A DNA stretch of 64,000 bases from Naegleria gruberi (lineage: Eukaryota). A program made the translations under genes and the position numbers. Where the stretch lies: assembly GCA_000004985.1 (NCBI GenBank), contig GG738880.1. One strand, 5' to 3'. The notes beneath the pieces were generated by a model. The model had not been told where the DNA came from. It did no database searches and saw only the letters and a program-made list of their open reading frames with translations. Numbering within the stretch: position 1 is the first letter of the stretch; every line of letters begins with the position of its first letter. Below, one piece after another: positions 45,122 to 55,309 of the stretch.

Positions 45122-45558
45122 TTTTTTGTACTGGATATTATTTGGTTATTTGGTTATTTGCTCTTCTGTATCTCTCCTTTAAATTTGGAATTTTATAAAT
45201 TGCCTACAACAATAACAAACTCTCTCTCTATGAAAGAGGAACTCGAAGAAGTAATTTTATTATTGTGTTCTTTGGAGCTTTGGAGATTTTGATTTTAAAT
45301 TGCTTACGTGGAGGCGAGTTGGGAGAATTTTTAGGAGTTGAATGTTCAAATTGTTCATGAATTTTCCATTGTTTGTGTGACGTAGAAGGTTGTTGGAACT
45401 TATTGACACTATTAATAAGTTTGGTTAATTGTTATTGAGATACACAATGAATCACCTCAATAAATTAGATTAGAGCTTTAATTGTTCCTTGGTGAAGATT
45501 AAAGGATCAAAAATTCTTGGATGTTAGAAAATACAATAAATTTAAATTTACTAGCATT

Positions 45559-48500
45559 TTACAAGAATTCATCAGCAGAAAGTGGTTGGGAAGTTGACTG
45601 TTGATTATTGGAATGAGAATTGGATTCTGAAGTTTTAAGTTGATCATTTTGAAGGAGGGAGAATGAGGTACTATCTGATGCAAGTTCAGAAGAAACATCA
45701 TCATCCTGAGCATCAAAGAGATCTTCTTCCAATTCGTCACTTCTCAATACTTCATCCCTAGTCCAAACCTTATCTTCCTTGAGGAAGTGTCCTATAAATT
45801 GTGCCTTAGCCTTTTGCTCCTCGTAGTATTTTAATGATTCGTCGTGGGTATGGTGAGCTTTTTCTTGAAGTGGAGATCTGAGAAGAACACGAGAGAAAAT
45901 TATGGCAACTTCCTCCAATGTTAAACTATTGAATTTCTTATACTTTAAAACCTCTCTCAAGAATGACATTAAATAATGGAAAGTGTTAAAATGTACATCA
46001 GGTAACATGGAAATAAGATGGTGGCAAGTTGCAGAATTTGTGCTAGCATTCAAGCACATTTGATAAAACTTGAATGGGACAACAGGCTCTCTCAAAGATT
46101 CCAAAAATGTCATTAAAGATTCTGCAATGGAATGATTTGAAACTGGATTAAGGAGTGGTGATCCTTCATCGAGACATTGTCTTATATAGTGAACTTCTCT
46201 AGCAGCACCCGAATATTTAAATAATCCTTCCTCTTTCATGCCATTGTGATAGATTAAATCGATAAGTCTCCACAGTTCCTTAGGTATCTTCAAGTCCTTA
46301 TCGAATGATGACAACTCTACATCGCTCTCACTTTTTAGTACTGGGCACTTTTGTTTGACCAATTTATCCAGAGTAGATCCAAAACATGATTGAATATATG
46401 TACCTGTAATGGAAATAAAGTGATCTCTACCATTCTTCAAGTGAAGGATAAGAATATCGTCAATCTTGTCCTCACCACTCAATAATTTTAGTGCTTTTTG
46501 GGTGCTTACTGAAATTGTAACCTTGATTTCTTCAGTTTCACCTGGAATAACATATCCTTCCAAAGGTTCAATTGTCATGTATGGTTTACATGGAGCTTTT
46601 TCATGTGGCTGAGGCACAAATTGGTATTCGCAAACAACTTGGCCTGTGTTCTTGAGAAGGATGGTTTGGGTGATTGGTTCCTCATATTTTACAGCTTCGA
46701 AATCAATGCATTGGCCAGTGATGGCAACTTCTGGTAACAAATCATTTTCAAGTTTGTCCAACATTTTGATGATATCCAAGTAGCATTTCTTGTACTTTTC
46801 CTCAACAATCTTCTTTACACCAACTTCAAAGCAGGCAGTCACTGGCTTGTGGTCTGACATTTTATATTCCTTGAATGATTTGTAAGATTTGTGTACGATG
46901 GTACTCTTCTCATCCTCTCTCCACAAGATACGATCCGTATAAGATGGTACACGTCCCTTTTCACTGGTATCATACACATCAGTACCACTGTCGAACTTGT
47001 AGGTTGGGTCAAAATTAATTTCACCTTCAGCAAACCCAACAAATGCATTCTTGGCGTTTTTCTCAATCATTAATTGGTCATATTTGAGAAGGAATTTGTA
47101 ATCTTGTTGTTTGATTTTTTCTCTGACAATCAAATTTGGTTGATTGATTCTATAGTTCAAGTCTCCATACCAAAAGAAGAAGTCGTGTTGGTCAGGTCTA
47201 TAAAGTGATGGATTTCCAAAATCTGTCTTTTTAACAATATCGTGGAAGTTTTGATTTCTTCTCTCGACAGCTCCCATGTGAGGAGCCAAGTGAGCTGTAA
47301 TAAAACAGAATGTAGAATCAAAAAGTTTGAATCTGACACCAACACCACCCTTGTTACCCATCATGCCCATGATACCAACACCTTCAGCACAATTTCTTAC
47401 TTCATTAATATCATTAGCAAAGGATTCCTTAATGAAAATGGCATGATAAATACCGACAAGTTGTCTGGCAGATACGAGTTTGTATCTGTTTTGTTTGGCC
47501 TCATCAGCAAATGTCTTGATAAGAAGGTTTTGCCATTCTTGACCAGTTTCAGTTTCTTCTTTCAAAAGTGATGCTGCAGTCATGTCTATTTCTTGCATAC
47601 CAATAGCATAGATATCAGCCTCAAATTCATCGAGATGAAGCCATTTGGCCAAACTAGAGTCAGCAGATGGGAACTTGTTATTCACATTCCATGCACAAAC
47701 AACAATAGAAATTGGTGTCACTTCAGTGAACTCGTCTTCCTTAAGCTTGAGTTGTCTTTGAATCCAATTGTCCTTTCTTGAAACTTCTTGTGAGAGAGTA
47801 TCTGTTGCTGTATTAATGGTTGCTTTTTGAGCAATATCATTCGATTGATTTGGTCCATTTTGCGAGAGGGAGGTTTGACGATTTGTTTTTTTGAACATAT
47901 CAATGGAGATGTCTTGACATTCATCGTTTTTGACTTTTTGTGCCTTGTCTTTTTGCATTCTTTGAATGTAATGATTACACCATTCTGATTCAGTGGAAGG
48001 TGATGGTATTATTTCAAAATTTGTTTCTGCATCAACCAAAAATTCTGTTAATGACATTTCATTAGTTGACCTAAGAATTGATGAGCGATTTGATGGAGTA
48101 TTGCTGACAGGAGTTTTGACCACTGGTTGCTCCACAATAATTTCATTAGGTTCAGGTGTAGCATCATTAACAAGTTTACAAGCTTTTAAAAGTGAAGAAA
48201 CAATTAACCATTGTGAACTTGCTGATTCGCTTTGAAAATTATAAACAATAGCTTGTCTTTTAAAGAATAGATCAAAGTGTGTTTCATCCACAATTTTAAC
48301 TCCAAAATCTTGTCTCTTGATTGGTTGAAAATCTCTTATTCGGAAGCTATTTGTTTCAACTGAATATTCCAAAATCATAATAGCAAGATTTGTTGGTTTA
48401 TCAGAGTTACCAACAAGTGCTAACAACACTGATTCCAATTCCTTCTTTGCAAAAACAGCTGTACTCTTTGAAAGTGGTACATTCTTCTCCGATGTATTAT

Positions 48501-48681
48501 TTGTTTTTGATTTGTTATTTGATGATGTATTCTTATCTGATCCTGTTGCTGATGATCCAGCACCTCCACCAAGTGCCGTGCTCATCTGATTGTGCTTTAA
48601 CACTACAGAGACGATAAATTTGCACTGCTCTGTTGATCGGAGAACTTCCTTGCAAAATTCTGTCCTCAGAGGTTGTTGCAT
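45559..48681 (-). CDS. Inositol polyphosphate 5-phosphatase with a C-terminal RhoGAP domain (OCRL/INPP5B-like)
   Basis: Seen: 5-phosphatase catalytic motifs WYGDLNYRI and PSYTDRILW lie in an endonuclease/exonuclease/phosphatase-fold core (IYAIGMQE..., GNKGGVGVRF). An ASH-like linker follows. The C-terminal RhoGAP-like segment is ..PKELWRLIDLIYHNGMKEEGLFKYSGAAREVHYIRQCLDEG.... The N-terminal 250 aa may form a PH-like module, as in OCRL. Uninterrupted 1040-aa ORF with an ATG start. Confidence 0.8.
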   Translation of the reverse strand: MQQPLRTEFCKEVLRSTEQCKFIVSVVLKHNQMSTALGGGAGSSATGSDKNTSSNNKSKTNNTSEKNVPLSKSTAVFAKKELESVLLALVGNSDKPTNLAIMILEYSVETNSFRIRDFQPIKRQDFGVKIVDETHFDLFFKRQAIVYNFQSESASSQWLIVSSLLKACKLVNDATPEPNEIIVEQPVVKTPVSNTPSNRSSILRSTNEMSLTEFLVDAETNFEIIPSPSTESEWCNHYIQRMQKDKAQKVKNDECQDISIDMFKKTNRQTSLSQNGPNQSNDIAQKATINTATDTLSQEVSRKDNWIQRQLKLKEDEFTEVTPISIVVCAWNVNNKFPSADSSLAKWLHLDEFEADIYAIGMQEIDMTAASLLKEETETGQEWQNLLIKTFADEAKQNRYKLVSARQLVGIYHAIFIKESFANDINEVRNCAEGVGIMGMMGNKGGVGVRFKLFDSTFCFITAHLAPHMGAVERRNQNFHDIVKKTDFGNPSLYRPDQHDFFFWYGDLNYRINQPNLIVREKIKQQDYKFLLKYDQLMIEKNAKNAFVGFAEGEINFDPTYKFDSGTDVYDTSEKGRVPSYTDRILWREDEKSTIVHKSYKSFKEYKMSDHKPVTACFEVGVKKIVEEKYKKCYLDIIKMLDKLENDLLPEVAITGQCIDFEAVKYEEPITQTILLKNTGQVVCEYQFVPQPHEKAPCKPYMTIEPLEGYVIPGETEEIKVTISVSTQKALKLLSGEDKIDDILILHLKNGRDHFISITGTYIQSCFGSTLDKLVKQKCPVLKSESDVELSSFDKDLKIPKELWRLIDLIYHNGMKEEGLFKYSGAAREVHYIRQCLDEGSPLLNPVSNHSIAESLMTFLESLREPVVPFKFYQMCLNASTNSATCHHLISMLPDVHFNTFHYLMSFLREVLKYKKFNSLTLEEVAIIFSRVLLRSPLQEKAHHTHDESLKYYEEQKAKAQFIGHFLKEDKVWTRDEVLRSDELEEDLFDAQDDDVSSELASDSTSFSLLQNDQLKTSESNSHSNNQQSTSQPLSADEFL

Positions 48682-49097
48682 TTTTGTTTGTTGTTGATGA
48701 TTGATTAATGGTGTTAGTTAATTGGGGATGAAGTATGTTGTTTGTTGTTTGGGGAGAGTCAACCTCTTTGATAGGAAAGGACACCAAATGAAGATCTCTT
48801 CTTGTTGTTTATCTTGTTGTTTATTTCGAGATGTTGTTTTTGTTGTGGTTTGTGAAGAAAAGTTTAACGGAAAGACAAAATAAAATATTTTATTAATTTT
48901 TAAAGCCGATGGAAGTCAATGAGTGATGAAGTAGTACCTTGCTTCACCTCTCTCTATTATTACTAAGTACAATCTCATCATCATTGATAACTCGGTTACA
49001 GTATCTACAATGTTTCAAAGAATAACATAAAATAAAATTTAAACTTTTAAAAATTGAATTTTGTAAGCGTTTTAAAAAAATTTTATCGATTCAAAAA

Positions 49098-50096
49098 ATG
49101 TTGCGAAAGGCTCTCTCATCTTCTTCTGTGCATCAACAACACAATTCTCTGTGGCTGTCGCTCGCCATTAAAAACAAGGGCGTTTTTTCATCATCAACAT
49201 GCTACCATACATCAGCACAAAATAGTGAAGCTTTGGCTAAACATCATATTAATACTCACGTCATTAAACCAAACAAGTATAAATTCCCACTCATCAATCC
49301 AGAACAAATTAACAAATTAGCCTTGGAAAAAGCTCTCTCTAAAAATGTTGCTTCCGGTACTAGAGTTGTTATGGATGCATCCAAAGCAGCCGTCCCTAAA
49401 TTTGAAATACAACCAGAAGCTATGGTAAAGAATTTGAAAACTGGAGAATTTACCGAAATGATTAATCTTCATCCATACTTTTTCAATTGTACACCAAGAA
49501 AGGACATTTTATATTTAATGGTTAAATGGCAATTAGCTAAGAGAAGACAAGGTACACACAAAACTAAATATCGTCTTGAAACTGCTTATTGCAAGCAGAA
49601 GCAAACACCACAAAAGGGTAGAGGTGCTGCCAGACACTCTGATAGAGGTGCTCCACAATATAGAGGAGGTGGTCACGCTATGGCTCTTCGTCCACGCTCT
49701 TATGAGTACAATCTCAACAAGAAAATCAGAAGACTTGCTCTCCGTATGGCTTTAACAACAAAATACCAACAAGGAAAATTGATTATCGTTGATGATTTCT
49801 CAATTGATACTTTCAAGACCAAATATGTTGCTGGTCTTATTTCCAACACTGTTTTCCCAGATAGTGAAACTCATGAAAAGGAAATTAAGGATAGAGGTGT
49901 CTTGTTAATTGATGGTGAACAAGTTAATGCAAACTTTGAAAGAGGTGTATTCAACTTGCATTATGCTGATTACCTCAGTATTGATGGATTGAATGTTTAT
50001 GACATGCTCAGAAGAGAAAAGGTTGTCATTTCAAAGAGTGGTTTGGAAACTCTTACCAAGAAGTATGCCAAGTATATCAAACTTGAATTTTATTAA
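49098..50096 (+). CDS. Mitochondrial ribosomal protein uL4m (ribosomal protein L4 family)
   Basis: Seen: presequence-like N-terminus MLRKALSSSSVHQQ. The uL4 core is KQTPQKGRGAARHSDRGAPQYRGGGHAMALRPRSYEYNLNKKIRRLALRMAL (cf. the bacterial L4 G.GRAR.G...P..RGGG..FGP.PR.Y motif). Confidence 0.75.
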   Translation: MLRKALSSSSVHQQHNSLWLSLAIKNKGVFSSSTCYHTSAQNSEALAKHHINTHVIKPNKYKFPLINPEQINKLALEKALSKNVASGTRVVMDASKAAVPKFEIQPEAMVKNLKTGEFTEMINLHPYFFNCTPRKDILYLMVKWQLAKRRQGTHKTKYRLETAYCKQKQTPQKGRGAARHSDRGAPQYRGGGHAMALRPRSYEYNLNKKIRRLALRMALTTKYQQGKLIIVDDFSIDTFKTKYVAGLISNTVFPDSETHEKEIKDRGVLLIDGEQVNANFERGVFNLHYADYLSIDGLNVYDMLRREKVVISKSGLETLTKKYAKYIKLEFY

Positions 50097-51628
50097 ATTG
50101 GAATTTTTATTTTGAAAATGTTAAAATAATTAAATTAATTTTAAATTAATTCAATTTTATTTTTCTTTAAGGAATTGAGTTTGAATGACAATGGAACACG
50201 AAACCATGTAGATGCACTATTTCACAATTTACAATAAATTGTAGTTAACTACAGTATAGTTCTGTAAGTAACAACTGAGTGTTGACAAATTCTCTCAAAT
50301 AAACAAAAATTAAACAGATTAGTTTTTTATGTCTCTCCTTTCTCAATTAAATAAAAGGTGATATCGTTGCTAATTTGAAAATCATGGTCTGCATCCACAC
50401 ATTCACAAATACAACCGGGATTTAGCTACCCCAATGACAATAATTTCCAAATTTGCTCCCACAACCAAATCCACCCAATTAATACATCTCAATACCCAGA
50501 ATTTTCCACTTTTCCTCATTTCTCTCATTTCTCTCCAATGAGTTGAACCACTCGAGAACTGTAAATTTTTCACAAACCTCTGAAAAACTGTAAATAGCTT
50601 TTATACAAGGAACAACACTAAAATATAAGAAACTAAAAGAGACAATCGATACCATCTCACAGCAACTCTCAATGGAATGGATTGTTCCAAAAAGGCAAAC
50701 TGACTGTTCGTTTATTTGATTGACAAGACTCTTCGACGAGACCACAAATATCACGATTTCATTTACAAACAGTAGGCGGACTTTAATTATCAACTGGTTT
50801 AGGAAGAATGTATTTGTTTATCGTATGGTGATACTGTGAGTGACAATGCAAAAGTGATTGCAATAATCAGAAAGGATTTGCTAACATATTCGAAAGTTGG
50901 TGATTCGCTATGGATGCAGAACATGGTGGTAATTAGATAGGATTCGCATTAGACTGAATAGCTAACTGGTTAATAAAAATATGAGTTTGCATTCTCCATT
51001 TATTTTCATGCTTGGACGAATCCTCTAAGTACTATAATCGATTCTTATTTGTATTCCTTTTCTTCTCTACAGTTTTCATAAGCTTCTTTATGTACTGTTT
51101 GAAGAATATCTACTGTTGTTGTTATAATTGATAATCGTCATTGACCCAACCAAATACGAATCATTTCGAATACCTTGACCCAACTTCCAATCCTACAACC
51201 GACAAAAGAGTTTAAGAAATTAACAACTCAAAACCTAAATGACATTGAAATTTTCGAATAGATTAGGCAGCCATAGACAAACGTTCCCCAATAAGAAGTG
51301 AACTCACATTAAGGAAGCCAAACACTCACAAACTAAAGTCAACACCTTCATCACAATTAAAAACAATCTTTCGTTTAAAAAGTAACCTGGCAACCGAAAA
51401 GCTACCCGCCAAATAGTTTTAAAATGGAAGCACTATTCTCTACTTGTCACTTTTCTGGACGCTTCGTTTTTTGACGGACACAAATCCATGCTGGGTTGAT
51501 TTTTGGTTTGTTTGGAATGTGCTTGGTGACTCTTCATTGTGGCGTTGTTAAATTTCTTACCAAACCTCCTCAATTGCGCTTCTGAACATTAAAAAAACAA
51601 ATAACAGTTTCGAATAGATTTAAACCGA

Positions 51629-52702
51629 ATGATGATGATGATGGTTGAAAATTCAATGAATGTCCATTCTCATGCCACCTGCACCACAACTTCAACAGAA
51701 GAAGATGATGGTCAACAAGAAATATCTACCTGTGGAGTTTCTTCCATGTCCTCTCCACATGTTTCGAATAATTCTTCCTCCTCATATTCTTCCTCTACTA
51801 ATAGTGAGGAAGAGGACCAAACCAACACTAGATCTACATGTAGAAGAATAACTAAACAACACAAATCATCTAACCAATCTCCAAGTAAGAAGAAGAAAAG
51901 ATCCTTGATTGGTGAAATTGTTATGAACCAAAGTCAACCAATGGTTGGTCAATTAATTTCTCAACATCAACAACAAGCAATTGTTTTTGAAAACTTTGAA
52001 GGCAGAAAGTCTTCAGCAGCTACTACTAATGGTATCAGTCATATTCCTGGTACATTTTCCTTTTCACACAAGGTTGAGAATAGTCAACTTTCGAATAATG
52101 AGCAACCAGCAGCAAAATCAAACATGTGTGAGGTAATTCTTTCGAATTGGAAGAGTCGTTCAGATACAAGACAGTGGATTAAGAAATGTATTGGTCCACA
52201 AGATAAGAAAAAGAAGGTTAAGAAGGATCATCAATGGTTTCAATCTTCGAATAGTCAACTTTCGAATAGTCCACCATTTTGCCAACCAAGTCCAACAGTT
52301 GTTTTCAACAATCAATCTTCACCAATTATAACTTCCAAGTTTGATAGAAAGCCATCATCAAACAGTATTTCTACCACTAACGTTTGGTCAGATTCGTATA
52401 TTCATACTACATGTTTAATTCCTGGTCAAAGAAAGGTAGCCAAGTCAACTACACCAGTGATGGCTTCACCACAACAATTACAATCGATTTCAACACAATC
52501 AGTGAGTTACCCAACCGTTTCTCATCAACACTACCAACAACAACAATATTCGAATCAATATGAAAATGTTTCCTCTTCGAATATTGGTAATAATCCATGG
52601 TTGAATGATATTACTTCAACATCCAATGTATTATCAGATGTTTCTGATAAACAATTCGCTTTGCCAAGCTTCAGAGAGTTTGTTTCCACTTTAGGCCTGT
52701 AA
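51629..52702 (+). CDS. Hypothetical Ser/Thr/Gln-rich low-complexity protein with a poly-Met N-terminus
   Basis: Seen: a 357-aa ORF starting MMMMMVENS with SSSYSSSTNSEEED tracts and a basic patch KKKKRS. No domain is recognisable. It sits after an unusually long (about 1.5 kb) ORF-free upstream region. Confidence 0.3.
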   Translation: MMMMMVENSMNVHSHATCTTTSTEEDDGQQEISTCGVSSMSSPHVSNNSSSSYSSSTNSEEEDQTNTRSTCRRITKQHKSSNQSPSKKKKRSLIGEIVMNQSQPMVGQLISQHQQQAIVFENFEGRKSSAATTNGISHIPGTFSFSHKVENSQLSNNEQPAAKSNMCEVILSNWKSRSDTRQWIKKCIGPQDKKKKVKKDHQWFQSSNSQLSNSPPFCQPSPTVVFNNQSSPIITSKFDRKPSSNSISTTNVWSDSYIHTTCLIPGQRKVAKSTTPVMASPQQLQSISTQSVSYPTVSHQHYQQQQYSNQYENVSSSNIGNNPWLNDITSTSNVLSDVSDKQFALPSFREFVSTLGL

Positions 52703-53176
52703 ATAAACAACAATACAATTTTGATACAACAACAATAAATGAACTGATACAGTTGCCGTTTTATCACTGATTAGAGATTGATGTTTTACAATCATGTCTA
52801 TCCACATAGATTCGATTTGATGAAATCTTGTTTCTATTATCCCACATTATTTGATAAAGAGAAGTATTCGTAGATTCGACAATCTTGCTAGATTAGTTGG
52901 AAAACAATAAGGATTGATTTAGAATAAATCAGTGAGAGAAAATTATTTAATAATTACAATAAATTAAACAACAAGTTCAAAAGGATTAAACTTGCATATA
53001 TCATAAATCGATATCTATTTAAATATGGAAATTGTCCACCAATTAAAGGGAGTAACCAAGATCATTCAAGAGATTAGCAATAGCAACCATTTGATCACCC
53101 TTCTTTGTAGCATATTTAGCATTTGAGTAACTGTGAAAAACAATGTTAGAATATTTGAAAAAAAACTTTGAAATAC

Positions 53177-54380
53177 TTACCCGAACCAATCGAAACATCC
53201 TTGAGCATTCATTGGGTTAAAGTAAGAAACACCAACTTGTGGATAGACAACAATGATATTGTTGATTTCAGCATGCTTATTGTAACCAGCATTGGAAACA
53301 TAGGCAGTACCAATAACAGAAGCACCTTGATTACAACCGTGGAAAGCAACAGAAACCTTACATTCAGCACCTTGTTGACAAGCAGTTGGAATGTAAATAT
53401 AACCAGTATCAGAGAAACTGCTGGCACTGTATTTACCAGATTGCTTATAAGTGAACAAGTTAGAAGAGACAGCACTACCACCTTCCTTGAAATCTGGGTA
53501 AACTTGCTTGAAGAAAGCACCAGCACTATCAACATTACAATTGTTAATGTATGGAGATCCCAAATATGAACATGAGTTACCATAGTCATTGGTGACCATT
53601 GAGTGTTGAGCAGGAGTGTTAAAATCAGTCTTGATGTTGGCCTTATCAACACCAAAAGTTGAGGTATATTGTTCAGCAAGCTTGGCCATAACACCAGGAG
53701 CAACAACTGAGTCTTGAGTACCAGAGAAGAGGTAAATCTTGTGATTCTTAACATTGTCAATTGGGTCAATTGAACCATCCTTAGCATAGGCAGCAACTTG
53801 ACCACTGATTGAACTCAATGAAATTGAGCTTGGTGACTTCATACAACCCATCAAGGCATTCATCATTTGACCTTGAGCACACTATCATGGTTACCACACA
53901 TGGACAAAACAAGAGATTGTTGGATAACACAGATATTTTCAAAATAGAGAAATTTCCAACAAATAGTTTGTCAGTACAGGAATATTTTCCGAATTTTCCA
54001 AACAGAATCATCAGCAAGGATTAAAATTCGCGAAATATTTTAGCACATCATCACAACAGGATATTTGAAAATTTAATAATACCAATAGCAAAAAAACAAT
54101 CCACAGTAGAAGAATAGCAACAAGATGATGATTAGATTACTATCTAATTGATTGTTAAACTTACATAATATGGACCTCCGGCAACAATACCACTTCCCTT
54201 TACAGACTTACTGAAGGCAATTTGTGTTTGAACAGCCATAAAACCACCAGCACTAATACCCGACACAGTTAATGAACCTGGTTGAATAGTATACTTCTTG
54301 ACGGCATCAGCGTGAATATTAATAATGAGACTTGTAGTGAACAACAAGACAAGAATCAACCTCGTGGAAAGATTTGACAT
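53177..54380 (-). CDS. Secreted alpha/beta-hydrolase esterase (PHB-depolymerase / feruloyl-esterase family), 2 exons: join(54380..54165, 53881..53177)
   Basis: Seen: signal peptide [25 protein letters not shown] GxSxG nucleophile elbow is present (GISAGGFMA). Exon 1 ends ..GGPYY at GTAAGT. Downstream, the Cys-rich esterase body is [13 protein letters not shown]...[35 protein letters not shown]...QGCFDWFG. The TAG of the GATAG acceptor is the in-frame stop in the track. Intron 53882..54164 is 283 nt, the longest in this window. Confidence 0.6.
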
Positions 54381-55309
54381 TTTTTAAACGTGTGCTTATT
54401 CGTTGAGCGATTTTTTTAAAAATGAAAAGCGAATCCGCGAATTGTTTCCCGCTCTAAGACAGCATGTTGATTTTTTGTCTTTTATTTCCCCAATCGAGAC
54501 CTGGTCATTACAATGAGCACTAAAACTCCTTTTTGCAGGAGTTTGTTTCTATGAACAAGATGATTCTTCATATTTGTTGTTGTATTGGATTAGAGTTGTG
54601 AACTAAATTTTACAATCTAATAGCACACATGTGTGTAGCTTAATATTTTTTATTGGGTATTGGCGATAAGAAATATCTCTTGTATTAATTTGATTATGTG
54701 AATTGTGTCAAGATCTGTATTCACATGCGAATCTGAACTTTACTTTTCTGGTAGGTTTTTAGTAATGTTAAACATGTAGTAATAAACTTGATTACAAGGT
54801 CAAATTTCTTACAAAAAAGCCAGATAATAGTGTGGTCACCCTTCTGTTACTTGATTTTCATCATGATGAGAAGAATATTTATTTGTATTGAAAGAAACAA
54901 ATCAGATTAAATTAGTCAAGATAGAGAAATGGATCATATCGATTCTGATTGATATTAATGGTGATTTTGATCGTTGTATCACCCGAATCGTTCCTTCTTG
55001 TAGTCCAACAGTTTTTAAATCCAAGGATTGAATATTCTTCATTGTGAAATGGAAAAGAATGTAGCTTTGATATCATTATTCATTCTCTAACAGACAACGT
55101 GTTGATTATATGCTGATTGTCTCAAGCGATTTTTCTCCAGTTTAGTCTTGTTTAGTTGAAAAAGCTTTCCAAACCAACCTTAATCTATCAAGAAGTATTA
55201 CAAAATCATCTTTGATCCGAATGAACTTTTGAACAAGGAACTCTAACTTTGAATAAATAAGGCGCGAAAATCACAATACTGTTCCAACACAAAAAACAAC
55301 TCAAAAAAA

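Noticed and set aside
50479-50793. 104-aa minus-strand ORF in the long spacer
   Set aside because: It has no start context and no domain, and it sits in sequence with non-coding composition. It is kept only as part of the finding on the long spacer.
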